Assembly: GCA_046262435.1 (NCBI GenBank)
Contig: JBHEMT010000071.1
Location: forward strand, 1-53,139
Length of the DNA stretch: 53,139 nt
Reading direction: 5' to 3'
Source of the DNA: Candidatus Dormibacteria bacterium
GTDB taxonomy: Bacteria > Chloroflexota > Dormibacteria > Aeolococcales > Aeolococcaceae
Positions 28,229 to 37,188 of the stretch are shown in pieces. Below the pieces are notes generated by a model, which saw only the letters and a list, made by a program, of their open reading frames with translations, was not told the origin of the DNA and did not search any database. Numbering within the stretch: position 1 is the first letter of the stretch; the number at the start of each line of letters is the position of its first letter. Position numbers and translations under genes: made by a program.

Positions 28229-28594
28229 ATGAAGAAGGTCCTGATCATCGAGGACTACTACGCCCTCGCCGACATCGAGTCTCTCCTCTGCACGATGGAG
28301 GGCTACGAGGTCAAGGTGGCGAAGTCAGGTGATGAGGGCCTGGCCCTCTTCGAGGATTTCCATCCCGACCTTGTGCTGCTCGACCTGATGCTCCCCGGCG
28401 AACTCAGCGGCACCCAGGTCCTCGAACGGATCCGCGCCCAGCACGGTCAGGAGACCTCGATCCTGGTGGTGAGCGCCCTGGTCAACTCGACCACCGCCCC
28501 CAAGCTCGAGGCCTACGGCAACGTCTCCACCCTGGGCAAGCCCTTCAAGATCAAGGACCTGGCGGGGCGGATCCAGACCCTGCTCACCGCCTGA
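28229..28594 (+). CDS. Orphan single-domain response regulator (CheY-like receiver)
   Basis: 121 aa. Acidic pocket IIED, phospho-acceptor LVLLDLMLPG, VVSA, and GKPF lysine are all present. There is no output domain and no adjacent kinase. Confidence 0.85.
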   Translation: MKKVLIIEDYYALADIESLLCTMEGYEVKVAKSGDEGLALFEDFHPDLVLLDLMLPGELSGTQVLERIRAQHGQETSILVVSALVNSTTAPKLEAYGNVSTLGKPFKIKDLAGRIQTLLTA

Positions 28595-28607
28595 GGCAGT
28601 CCCCAGC

Positions 28608-29069
28608 TCAGAAGCGCTGCACCAGCACCGCACCGCCGACCACCAGGACGGCGCCGAGCACGCGCAGGGCGGAGAGCGGGTGCACCGGGACCCGCACCAG
28701 CCCCAGAGCATCGACGACCACCGAGGCGAGCACCTGACCGGCGATGCCGAGCGCCGCAGCGCTCCCGGCCCCGATGCGCGGGATGAGCAGGATCGCGGAG
28801 GCAACGTAGATCGCCCCGCACACCCCACCGAGCCAGATCCACCCGGGTGCCGAGCCGAGCGGGAGCAACGGCGTCCAGGCCTGCCGGGTCAGCAGGGAGA
28901 CGGCGAGCAGGACCGCCGTGCCCACCGCGAAGGACACGGTGGCCGCGTTGACCGGCGAGCCGAGGGTGCGGCGTAGCTCGGCATTGATGCCCGCCTGGAA
29001 GGGCAGGACGCAGCCCACCGCGAGCGCCACCACGAAGAGGAGGAGCCGCGCGCTCACCGCGGAGCGCAT
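28608..29069 (-). CDS. DMT-superfamily small membrane protein, DUF606/YdcZ family
   Basis: LPFQAGINAELRRTLGSPVNAATVSFAVGT is typical of DUF606. Five hydrophobic helices in 153 aa. Confidence 0.7.
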   Translation of the reverse strand: MRSAVSARLLLFVVALAVGCVLPFQAGINAELRRTLGSPVNAATVSFAVGTAVLLAVSLLTRQAWTPLLPLGSAPGWIWLGGVCGAIYVASAILLIPRIGAGSAAALGIAGQVLASVVVDALGLVRVPVHPLSALRVLGAVLVVGGAVLVQRF

Positions 29070-29073
29070 CGGC

Positions 29074-32000
29074 TCACGCGGCCTCCGGCGTCCCCGGGCC
29101 GCCGCTCTCCGCCTCGGCCGCGGCGGCTGCGGTGTATACCGCGAAGTAGCGTGCCTCGGGGTGGTGGAGCACGATCGCCGCGGTCGACTGCTCGGGTACC
29201 AGCTGGTAGCCCTCGGTGAGGCTCACGCCGATCTCCCCGGCCGGGACGATGTCGAAGAACACGGTGTGATCCTCGAGGTCGGGGCAGGCCGGGTATCCCC
29301 ACGAGTAGCGGCGGCCGCCACCGTCACCCAGCCCGAGCTCGCGACGGATGCGGGCATGGATGAACTCGGCGGTTGCCTCAGCCATCTGCGTGGCGAAGCC
29401 ATGGATGCGGAGCATGTCGTCGTAGTCACCGGATCGCTGCAGCGCGTTCGAGCGTTCGCTGGCCTGCGGACCGGTGGTCACCACCTGCAGGGCGACCACG
29501 TCCCGCTGTCCGGCGGCGAGCAGGTCGCGGGGGCGGACGTAGTCGGCGAGGCACAGCCGGTTCTGCTCAGCCTGCCGCGGGAAATGGAAGCGACCCACCT
29601 CGCGCTCGTGGTCGCTGGGATCGAAGAGCACCACCGCGTCGCCCTCGGCAGCGGCCGGCCAGTAGCCGTAGACCGCCCCCAGCTCCAGGTAGCGATCCTC
29701 CCGCGCCTCGCGCATGGAGCGGGCCAGGCGCGGCTCGAGCTCCTCGCGCACCAGCTGCTCCCAGCGCTCCGGGTCGCGGATGCCGCGAAACTGCCAGCTC
29801 ATCTTGAAGAGCGAGTTGCGGTCGATGAAGGGGTAGATATCGTCTGGGTCGATGTCCCGGACGGTTGACGCGCCCCAGAAGGGCGCCCGGGGGATGGGGA
29901 CATCGGTGCGGGTGCTGCTCCGGGCTGCGACCTCGAGCCGCGGACCGGCGGCCGCTGCGCTCTGCCGGGCCGCCGCCTTGATGGCCTCCCGTTCGCGGTG
30001 CTCGGCGGCCTCCTCGTGGATTCGCCGGGTGAGCACCGGGCGGCGGTCCGCGTCGACCAGCTGGTCCACGGTGTCCAGCCCCTCGAAGGCGTCCTTGCAG
30101 TAGTAGACGCCGGGCGCGTAGGTCTGCTCACCGTCGAGGTAGAGGATGCGCCGGCCGAAGCCGCGGTTGATCGCCGCCCCGCCGATGATCACCGGGTAGC
30201 GCAGCCCGCGGGTCTCCAGCTCGCGCAGACAGAGCTGCATCTGCTTGCTGGTGCTCACCAGCAGCGCGCTGAGCCCGATTACATCGGCGCCCATCTCCTC
30301 GGCCTTGTCGAGGATGGTGTTGATCGGTACCTGCTTGCCGAGGTCGTAGACGGTGTAGCCGTTGTTGGCCAGGATGGTGTGCACCAGGTTCTTGCCGATG
30401 TCATGGACATCGCCGTACACCGTGGCGATCACCACCTTTCCCTTGGTCGATCCCTCCGTCTTCTCGAGAAACTGCTCGAGGTGGGCCACAGCGCGCTTCA
30501 TCACCTCGGCGCTCTGCAGCACGAAGGGCAGGATCAGCTCGCCGGCGCCGAATCGGTCGCCCACATCCTTCATTGCGGGCAGCAGAATCTCGTTGAGCAC
30601 TGCGACCGGGTCGGCGTCGAGCAGAGCAAGGTCAATCTGTTCCTCGATGCCGTCCTTGGTGCGATGCAGGATCTGGGCATGGATTCGTTCCGGCGGAGCC
30701 ATCCCGGCGAACTGGTCGGCGCGTTCCGCCGGCCGGGCGGCTGAGCCCTCGGTCTGGTCCATGTGCTGGATGTAGGTGGTCAGCGCGTCCGGGGCCCGGT
30801 TGAACACCAGGTCCTCGACCAGTTCGCGCACCTTGGGATCCAGGGTCGAGTAGGGCACCAGGTGGGAAGGGTTGATGATCGCGGCGTCCAGGCCGGCCCG
30901 AACGCAGTGGTAGAGGAAGACGCTGTTGATCGGGCCGCGTGCCTTGGGGGTGAGGCCGAAAGAGACGTTGCTGACGCCGAGCACGGTGAGCACCCCGGGA
31001 AGCTCCCGCTTGATCAGTCGGATGCCCTCGATTGTCTCCACAGCGGAGTCGATCCACTCCTGCTCACCGGTGGCCAGGGTGAAGGTGAGCGCGTCGAAGA
31101 GGAGCTGATGCGGTGCCATGCCGTAGTCGTTGCAGGCAATCCGGTGGATCTCCCGGGCAACCTCCAGCTTGCGCTGGCGGGTCTTGGCCATCCCGGACTC
31201 GTCGATGGTCAGGGCGACCACCGCCGCTCCGTGGTCGCGTACCAGGGGGAGCACGTCGTCGCACCGGCGCCGCCCGTTCTCCATGTTGACGCTGTTGACC
31301 AGCGGCCGGCCCGGATATGCCTCAAGTGCCGTACGGATCACCTCGGCGTCCGTTGAGTCGAACACGAGGGGCGCCTCGACACTCATCTGGAGCGTCTTGG
31401 CGACGCTGCGCATCTGCTCGGCCTCGTCGGTGCGCTCGGTCAGGGCCACGCAGACGTCGAGCGCATGGGCGCCGCCCTCGACCTGCTCGCGGGCCACTCC
31501 GAGAATGCCGTCGTAGTCGTCCTCCAGCAGGAACTCCTTGAGCTTGCGCGAGCCCTGCGCATTGACCCGTTCGCCGATCAGTAGTGGGGCGGGCACCTGG
31601 CGCAGGTCCACAGCCCGCATCGAGCTCGCCAGCCGGGGCACGAACTCCGGGTCGCGGTGGCGCGGGGCGCGACCGCTCACCCGGGCGACCAGCTCACGCA
31701 CGTGCTCCGGCGTGGAGCCGCAGCAGCCGCCCACGGCATTGACGCCGAACTCAGTCACGAAGCGCTCCAGCTGCTCCGCCATGGGTGCGGCCTGGAGCGG
31801 GAAGACGGCCCGACCCTCGACGTTGAGCGGCAGACCGGCATTGGGGATGCAGCTGACCGGCAGCGTGGTGTTCTCGCACAGGTAACGGATCGGCTCGCGC
31901 ATGTGCTCAGGCCCGGTCGAGCAGTTGAGTCCGACCACGTCGACGCGCAGGCCCTCGAGGATGGTCAGGCACGCGGCGATATCGGTGCCCAGCAGCATCC

Positions 32001-32709
32001 GGCCGCTGGTGTCGAGGGTCACCTGCGCCTGAATGGGCAGGGTGCGGCTCAGCTCGGCAAAGGCATCCCGGGCCCCGAGGATGGTGGCCTTGACCTCAAG
32101 GATGTCCTGGGCGGTCTCGATCACCAGCAGGTCGGCGCCGCCGTCGACAAGGCCGCGCACCTGCTCGGCGAACACCTCGCGCAGCTGCGCAAAGGTGATC
32201 TTCCCCAGTGCCGGATCGCTCGACGAGGGCAGGAACCCGCTCGGGCCGACGCTGCCCGCGACGAAACGCTCGCGCCCGTCGGCGGCGGTGAACTCGTCGC
32301 ACACTCGGCGGGCAATCGCTGCCGCGGCGCGGTTGAGTTCCAGGGTGCGGTCCGGGCTGCCCCACTCGGCGAGCCGCAACCGGGTGGCCTGGAAGGTGCA
32401 GGTCTCGACGGCGTCGCATCCCGCCTCGAGAAAGGAGCGGTGGATGCCGGCGATGACCTCGGGGCTGTGCAGCACCAGGCCGTCAACCCAGCCATCGAGG
32501 TGAGCGCCGCCGTACTGGGCCGGCGTCAGGTCGCAGGAATGGACACTGGTACCCATTGCGCCGTCAAAGACGAGCACGCGAGTCCGGAGTGCGTCGAGAT
32601 AGGCGGAGATGTCAGCCTCGTCTGCAATGGGGCGGCAGGAGAATGCGGGCGGGTGGCCCGACCACGCCTGCTTCGAAATTCTAGCCGCCGAGGTTCCGCG
32701 GGCCCGCAA
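29074..32709 (-). CDS. metH: Cobalamin-dependent methionine synthase
   Basis: All modules are present: Hcy-binding ([10 protein letters not shown]), pterin-binding, B12-binding (GDVHDIGKN) and the AdoMet-activation domain. The stop at 29074 is firm. The start is uncertain. TTG 32709 is the nearest in-frame canonical start upstream of the homology-predicted N-terminus (about 32627, where only an ATT is present). Confidence 0.85.
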   Translation of the reverse strand: MRARGTSAARISKQAWSGHPPAFSCRPIADEADISAYLDALRTRVLVFDGAMGTSVHSCDLTPAQYGGAHLDGWVDGLVLHSPEVIAGIHRSFLEAGCDAVETCTFQATRLRLAEWGSPDRTLELNRAAAAIARRVCDEFTAADGRERFVAGSVGPSGFLPSSSDPALGKITFAQLREVFAEQVRGLVDGGADLLVIETAQDILEVKATILGARDAFAELSRTLPIQAQVTLDTSGRMLLGTDIAACLTILEGLRVDVVGLNCSTGPEHMREPIRYLCENTTLPVSCIPNAGLPLNVEGRAVFPLQAAPMAEQLERFVTEFGVNAVGGCCGSTPEHVRELVARVSGRAPRHRDPEFVPRLASSMRAVDLRQVPAPLLIGERVNAQGSRKLKEFLLEDDYDGILGVAREQVEGGAHALDVCVALTERTDEAEQMRSVAKTLQMSVEAPLVFDSTDAEVIRTALEAYPGRPLVNSVNMENGRRRCDDVLPLVRDHGAAVVALTIDESGMAKTRQRKLEVAREIHRIACNDYGMAPHQLLFDALTFTLATGEQEWIDSAVETIEGIRLIKRELPGVLTVLGVSNVSFGLTPKARGPINSVFLYHCVRAGLDAAIINPSHLVPYSTLDPKVRELVEDLVFNRAPDALTTYIQHMDQTEGSAARPAERADQFAGMAPPERIHAQILHRTKDGIEEQIDLALLDADPVAVLNEILLPAMKDVGDRFGAGELILPFVLQSAEVMKRAVAHLEQFLEKTEGSTKGKVVIATVYGDVHDIGKNLVHTILANNGYTVYDLGKQVPINTILDKAEEMGADVIGLSALLVSTSKQMQLCLRELETRGLRYPVIIGGAAINRGFGRRILYLDGEQTYAPGVYYCKDAFEGLDTVDQLVDADRRPVLTRRIHEEAAEHREREAIKAAARQSAAAAGPRLEVAARSSTRTDVPIPRAPFWGASTVRDIDPDDIYPFIDRNSLFKMSWQFRGIRDPERWEQLVREELEPRLARSMREAREDRYLELGAVYGYWPAAAEGDAVVLFDPSDHEREVGRFHFPRQAEQNRLCLADYVRPRDLLAAGQRDVVALQVVTTGPQASERSNALQRSGDYDDMLRIHGFATQMAEATAEFIHARIRRELGLGDGGGRRYSWGYPACPDLEDHTVFFDIVPAGEIGVSLTEGYQLVPEQSTAAIVLHHPEARYFAVYTAAAAAEAESGGPGTPEAA

Positions 32710-32933
32710 AAGACCCCGCCGGACATTGGTTACACGGGTTGATGGTACGCTCGGAGGGTCGTGCGGTAGCCCGGGGGCCCGCATTCGGGAGGCTGTTCGC
32801 CCCCGGCCTGTCTCAGGAGGTTCCCTTGGCGCGTCGTCCACCTCGTCCCGGCGCACGCCGGCGCACGGCCGTCCGGCGCCGCGACCCCGCCGCCGCGGGA
32901 GCCGCCGCCGAGACCAAGGAGGAGACCATTGAG

Positions 32934-33128
32934 ATGGACGCCACGGTGGTCGAGCCGCTCCCCAATGCCATGTTCAAGGTCAAGCTCATGACCGGGCAGG
33001 AGGTGCTCGCCTACACCTCGGGCAAGATGCGCAAGTTCTACATTCGCATCCTGATCGGGGACAAAGTGCGAGTCGAGCTCAGCCCCTACGACCTCAGCCG
33101 GGGCCGGATCACCTTCCGCTACAAGTAG
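32934..33128 (+). CDS. infA: Translation initiation factor IF-1
   Basis: [14 protein letters not shown]...[39 protein letters not shown] 32934 with AAGGAGGA at 32916-32923. The codons just upstream (KEETIE) still resemble the IF-1 N-terminus, so the start is not fully settled. Confidence 0.85.
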   Translation: MDATVVEPLPNAMFKVKLMTGQEVLAYTSGKMRKFYIRILIGDKVRVELSPYDLSRGRITFRYK

Positions 33129-33151
33129 CTGCGGCGGCGGGGCAGGCCGGC

Positions 33152-33631
33152 ATGCTCGTCTACGCCGTCGTGATCGCTGCCCTGGTGGGGCTCCTCATCA
33201 TCAGCTTCCGCGCCCTGAGCGGTGGCGAGGTGCTGACCGAGGCGGACTACCACACAGTTCTCGTCTCCCTGGCAGACTTCACCAGCCAGCGCCGCGAGGA
33301 ATTGAGCGCCGGCCTCGCCGCGGGACGGCCAGCCGGCGACACCATCGATCCCGCGGTCGAGACCGCGGTTGCGGCGCGCAAGAAACTGGCCGGCTACCAG
33401 CAGCAGCTCGCCCGCTTCGAGGCCGGCGCTGAGCGGTACGAGGAAGCTCGGGGACTGCTCAGCGCAGCGATCGAGGACCTCGGCTGGGCATGCCGCATGG
33501 TGGAGCCGGGAACGTACTGGGACAACCCGGGAATCCAGGAGGCCGTGGCGGCGCTTCGCAGCCATGGCGGCCGCTGCCTTGTCCAGTCGCAGGCGCTGCT
33601 CGCCGGGCCCCCGCCCGCCCCTGCGGAGTGA
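33152..33631 (+). CDS. Hypothetical membrane-anchored protein (N-terminal TM, helical soluble domain)
   Basis: ATG 33152, 21 nt after infA. N-terminal helix MLVYAVVIAALVGLLIISF. High GC3. No family recognised. Confidence 0.5.
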   Translation: MLVYAVVIAALVGLLIISFRALSGGEVLTEADYHTVLVSLADFTSQRREELSAGLAAGRPAGDTIDPAVETAVAARKKLAGYQQQLARFEAGAERYEEARGLLSAAIEDLGWACRMVEPGTYWDNPGIQEAVAALRSHGGRCLVQSQALLAGPPPAPAE

Positions 33632-33679
33632 GGCAGGTCAGGTTCGAGGCCCCGCCGGCGCCGCGACCCTCGGTGCCTG

Positions 33680-34600
33680 TCAGACGCGCTCGCGAAAGAA
33701 CGCGACGGTTCGGCGCATCCCCTCGGAAAGCTCCACCTGTGGGCGCCAGCCCAGCGCGGCGGCGGCGGCGCCGGCGTCAAGGCAGGAGCGGGCCTGCTCG
33801 CCTGGCTTGGCGTCGCCGTGCTCCGGCCGCGCGGGGATGTTGCATGCCTGCGCAAGGAGCTCGAAAAGGCTGTTGACGTCGGTCTCCACGCCGGTGCCGA
33901 TGTTGAAGGGTCGCAGCACCGCGGTCGCCGCCGCGAGCAGGTTGGCCTCGACGACGTCGTCCACGTAGACATAGTCGCGCGTCTGCCCGCCGTCGCCGTT
34001 GATCACGCAGGGCTGGTCGCGCAGCAGGCGCTCGGCGAAGATGGCGACCACGCCCGCCTCGCCATGCGGGTCCTGACGGGGACCGTAGACGTTGGCGTAG
34101 CGCAGCGGGACGAACTCCAGTCCGTGCAGCCGGCGGAAGACATTTCCGTAGGTCTCGCCGCACAGCTTGGCAGCGCCGTAGCCCGAGGCCGGGGCTGCCG
34201 AGTGCTGCTCGGCAGTGGGTATGGCGTCGGTGTCGCCGTAGATTGCTCCGCCGCTGGAGGCGAAGACCATCCGGCGGACCCCCGCGTCCACGCAGCACTG
34301 CAACAGGTTCACCGTGCCCACCACGTTGACCTGCGTGTCGAAGATTGGCTCGCGCACCGAGCGCCGGACGTCGATCTGGGCTGCCTGGTGGAACACCACC
34401 TCTGGGCGTTCACTGAGCAGCACGTCCCGCAGCGCCGGGATGGTGATGTCCACGGTGTGCAGGGCGGCCCCCGCGGGGACCTGCTCGCGGCGCCCTCGGG
34501 AGAGATCGTCGACCACCGCCACGCGGTCTCCGCGCGCGAGCAGAGCATCCACGAGGGTGGAGCCGATGAAGCCGGCGCCGCCGGTCACCAGGGCTTTCAC
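33680..34600 (-). CDS. NAD-dependent sugar-nucleotide epimerase/dehydratase (GalE-like extended SDR)
   Basis: VTGGAGFIGS Rossmann motif and catalytic YGAAK. 306 aa. ATGA-type overlap with the upstream membrane-protein gene. Confidence 0.8.
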   Translation of the reverse strand: MKALVTGGAGFIGSTLVDALLARGDRVAVVDDLSRGRREQVPAGAALHTVDITIPALRDVLLSERPEVVFHQAAQIDVRRSVREPIFDTQVNVVGTVNLLQCCVDAGVRRMVFASSGGAIYGDTDAIPTAEQHSAAPASGYGAAKLCGETYGNVFRRLHGLEFVPLRYANVYGPRQDPHGEAGVVAIFAERLLRDQPCVINGDGGQTRDYVYVDDVVEANLLAAATAVLRPFNIGTGVETDVNSLFELLAQACNIPARPEHGDAKPGEQARSCLDAGAAAAALGWRPQVELSEGMRRTVAFFRERV

Positions 34601-35661
34601 GGAGACGCCCGCTGCGGCTGCGCACGAGGTGCGCGCAGGTGGGAGGACGCGAAGACGAGGAAGCCGACCACGACCAGGCTACCGTAGGAGATCGACCGGT
34701 CGAGCAGGGCGATCGAGACCGAGCGGTCGCGACCCAGGCCGCCGACGGTGACCAGGACCAGCACCATGCCGGTCTCGACCAGGCCGAGACCACCGGGCAG
34801 AAAGGGCACGGTGGTGAGCAGGGCGGCGACCAGGGCGATCAGCAGAAACGCTGAGGGGCCGAGCCGGCCACCGCCGAAGTGGAGGGCGAGGACCACGAAC
34901 GCCAGCCGGGTCGCTTCAAGTCCCCAGACCACCACGGTGAGACCGGTCACCGCAGGCAGGTTGGTCAGCGCATCCACGGTGCCCACCCGGAAGTTCTCGT
35001 AGCGTTCCACCACCCGCTCGGGAAGTCGAACCAGGACCCGTTGTCCGCGGCCGCGGCTGAGCGCGAGCACGAACCCGATGCCGAGCAGGGCCAGCAGGCC
35101 GCCGACGAGGAGGTACGGCAGGAGCACGCGAGGTACCCGGCTGCGGAAGGTGGCCGCGCCGGCCAGCACCAGCAGTCCCATCAGAACGACGAGGTCGAGC
35201 AGCCGCTCGGCGATGATCGTCCCCAGGGCCCGGGTTCCGCCCACCCCCTGACGCTGGCGGACCAGCACCGCGCGGTAGACATCACCGAGCTTGGCCGGAA
35301 CGACGCAGTTGACGAAGAAGGAGGTGATGATGATCGAGGTGAGTGGGATCGTGGACCGGTCGTCACCGACGTTGCGGAGCAGCAGCTTCCAGCGCAGGCC
35401 GCGTACCAGGAAGGACACGTAGTAGGCGACCAGCGCGAGCCCGTAGAGCGGGGGGCTGGCGGTCCGGATCCTCGCCACAGCGTCGGACCAGTTGATCGGG
35501 GCCCGCCAGATTCCGAGCCCCACGATCAGCGCTGCGATCGCGACGGTGATCGCGGTCCTGCGGGTGAGAAGCCGCTGCCTGAGCAGCGGTGCGGCGAGCG
35601 CCTCCTCGGGGTCGCTGGGCGTCACGGCGGTGCCGTGCCCGGGTTGCGTCTCCCCGGTCAT
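34597..35661 (-). CDS. UPF0104 / lysylphosphatidylglycerol-synthase-TM-region-like (flippase-like) membrane protein
   Basis: About 8 TM helices. The N-terminal pattern ...LYGLALVAYYVSFLVRGLRWKLLL... is typical of the family. ATGA overlap with the upstream ORF. Confidence 0.65.
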   Translation of the reverse strand: MTGETQPGHGTAVTPSDPEEALAAPLLRQRLLTRRTAITVAIAALIVGLGIWRAPINWSDAVARIRTASPPLYGLALVAYYVSFLVRGLRWKLLLRNVGDDRSTIPLTSIIITSFFVNCVVPAKLGDVYRAVLVRQRQGVGGTRALGTIIAERLLDLVVLMGLLVLAGAATFRSRVPRVLLPYLLVGGLLALLGIGFVLALSRGRGQRVLVRLPERVVERYENFRVGTVDALTNLPAVTGLTVVVWGLEATRLAFVVLALHFGGGRLGPSAFLLIALVAALLTTVPFLPGGLGLVETGMVLVLVTVGGLGRDRSVSIALLDRSISYGSLVVVGFLVFASSHLRAPRAQPQRASP

Positions 35662-36212
35662 CGGCGGTGGGTGCGACGCGCAGCGGTGCGAACACGCTCG
35701 AGCAGCACCGGGCGCGGCTCCGTCCGCGCACCCGGCGCGCTGGCCCGCTCGGCGAGGATCTGGGCCAGCTGCTCGGCCTGCTGGGTCTCGGGCTCATCGG
35801 CCGCCCGCTCTCTGGGGGGGCGGCCGTCCCAAGCGCGCACTCGGAACACGGCCTTGAGCGCGGCGTACGGGATGGCCATGCGGCGGACCTCATCCTCGTT
35901 CTCGCCCGCGCAGCGCCACACCCCCCCGTGGCGGCCGAGCTCGGCGTCCGGGGCGATCAGGGCGCGCAGGACCGCTCCGTCGTTGAAACGGAAAACGGCT
36001 CGCTCCCAGCGGGCCAGCGTGTCAGACTCTGGCAGCGACTCCGGCTCGCCCACCAGCATGTGCTGGATGCCGGTACACGGGAGCAGCGCCCAGTCACTGT
36101 TGGCATCCACGTTGCGCACCTGCGCCTCGATGACGGGTGCGTCGAAGGAGAGGTCATCCACCTCCGCGTACAGGATCTCGCCGTCGACGAAACAGATCTG
36201 AACCGCGGCCAT
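35658..36212 (-). CDS. Hypothetical cytoplasmic protein with two similar beta-rich modules and a charged C-terminal tail
   Basis: ATG 36212 (MAAVQICFVDGEILYAEV...). A second module reads AVFRFNDGAVLRALI...IPYAALKAVFRV. Translationally coupled to the UPF0104 gene. No family name can be supported. Confidence 0.5.
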   Translation of the reverse strand: MAAVQICFVDGEILYAEVDDLSFDAPVIEAQVRNVDANSDWALLPCTGIQHMLVGEPESLPESDTLARWERAVFRFNDGAVLRALIAPDAELGRHGGVWRCAGENEDEVRRMAIPYAALKAVFRVRAWDGRPPRERAADEPETQQAEQLAQILAERASAPGARTEPRPVLLERVRTAARRTHRR

Positions 36213-36328
36213 CGTCGGGCAGGGTACGGCACCGGCCCTCGCGCGCCGTCGCCATCTCGCGCTTGGGGGTTTCGTGACACGAACGCCATGGATCGTGACG
36301 GAACCATGGATAGGATAGATACTCGCTG

Positions 36329-37183
36329 ATGCGTACTCACTCACCCGCTGGGCGCGGGTCTTCAACCCCCCCCGGAGCGGCACTCCGGCAGCGTGGTGCG
36401 GCCGCCCTCGGCGGCGTGCTGCTGGCGGCTCTGACCGCGGTCGTGATGGTGTTCAGTACCGGCGGCCTGACCGCCTCGGCGAGCCCGGCCCCGGGCGGTC
36501 AGGCCTTTGGGCTGCTCGCCGGTCATGGTCACGGTAAGGGGCACAACCGTGGCCACCGGCATGGCCATGGTCGGGGTCACGTGCCTACCCGTGCCCAAGC
36601 CCAGGCGGCGCACCGCGGTGCCTCCGCCGTGCGGGGAGCCCTCCCGGGGTTCGGGCTCGTGGCCGCCCCGCGCCTCGTCGCCGGTGGCGTCGTTCCGACC
36701 CTCGCCGGCGTCGCTCCGGCCCTCGCCGGCGTCAGTCCGGCCGTAACTAACCCCGTCGTCCCGGCGCCCGCCGCCACCGGAGCCACCACCCCGGCGACCA
36801 GCGGTGCTGCTGGGGGAGGCTCGGCCGGGGGTGGTGCCGCCGGAGGAAGTCCTGCCATCGGCGCGGGTGCTTCCGGCGCGGCCGCAGCGGGGCGCGGAGC
36901 GGCAGCCGCCGGGTCCGCACGCGGCTCCGCCTCGGGCTCCGCGGGCGGGCGGGCCGGTCAGGGGTCAGGGGGCCCGCGTGGAGCCCCCGGGGGTGGCGGC
37001 GCGCAGCCCACGCCGCCGGTCTCGGTGATTCCGGTGCTGGGTCTGCCCGCCAGCCTCCCCGGGCTGAGCCGCGTCGGGGCCGGGGTGCCGCTCTGGGCAA
37101 TGGTCCTCGGGTCCCTGGCGATTCTCGTCGTGCTTGCCACTATGAGCGTCCGCGGCGCACACGTCGGCCGTCGACGGCGCTAG
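36329..37183 (+). CDS. Secreted/membrane-anchored low-complexity Gly/Ala-rich protein with a His-rich cluster
   Basis: ATG 36329 follows an AT-richer stretch. N-terminal hydrophobic segment GGVLLAALTAVVMVF. GHGHGKGHNRGHRHGHGRGH at nt 36521-36580. C-terminal TM LWAMVLGSLAILVVLATM plus an RRRR tail. Only 5 nt separate it from the cyclase gene. The coding call is weakened by the low-complexity composition. Confidence 0.5.
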   Translation: MRTHSPAGRGSSTPPGAALRQRGAAALGGVLLAALTAVVMVFSTGGLTASASPAPGGQAFGLLAGHGHGKGHNRGHRHGHGRGHVPTRAQAQAAHRGASAVRGALPGFGLVAAPRLVAGGVVPTLAGVAPALAGVSPAVTNPVVPAPAATGATTPATSGAAGGGSAGGGAAGGSPAIGAGASGAAAAGRGAAAAGSARGSASGSAGGRAGQGSGGPRGAPGGGGAQPTPPVSVIPVLGLPASLPGLSRVGAGVPLWAMVLGSLAILVVLATMSVRGAHVGRRRR

Positions 37184-37188
37184 CCGCG

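Noticed and set aside
32710-32933. Possible cobalamin, SAM or SAH riboswitch in the metH/infA intergenic region.
   Set aside because: I looked on the metH strand for the B12 box and GGUG..AAUCC core, for the SAM-IV CAUGAG/GCCAGCG elements, and for the SAH AGGAGCGCUGC core. I found only a stray AAGGGAAC. A covariance-model scan would settle this, but the sequence as read does not support a call.
32739-32933. A 129-aa IF-1 with a 65-residue Arg-rich N-terminal extension (the track ORF 32739..33128).
   Set aside because: About a third of the first 38 or so upstream codons end in A or T, unlike real genes here. The composition is Arg/Pro/Ala-rich. A strong AAGGAGGA sits directly before ATG 32934.
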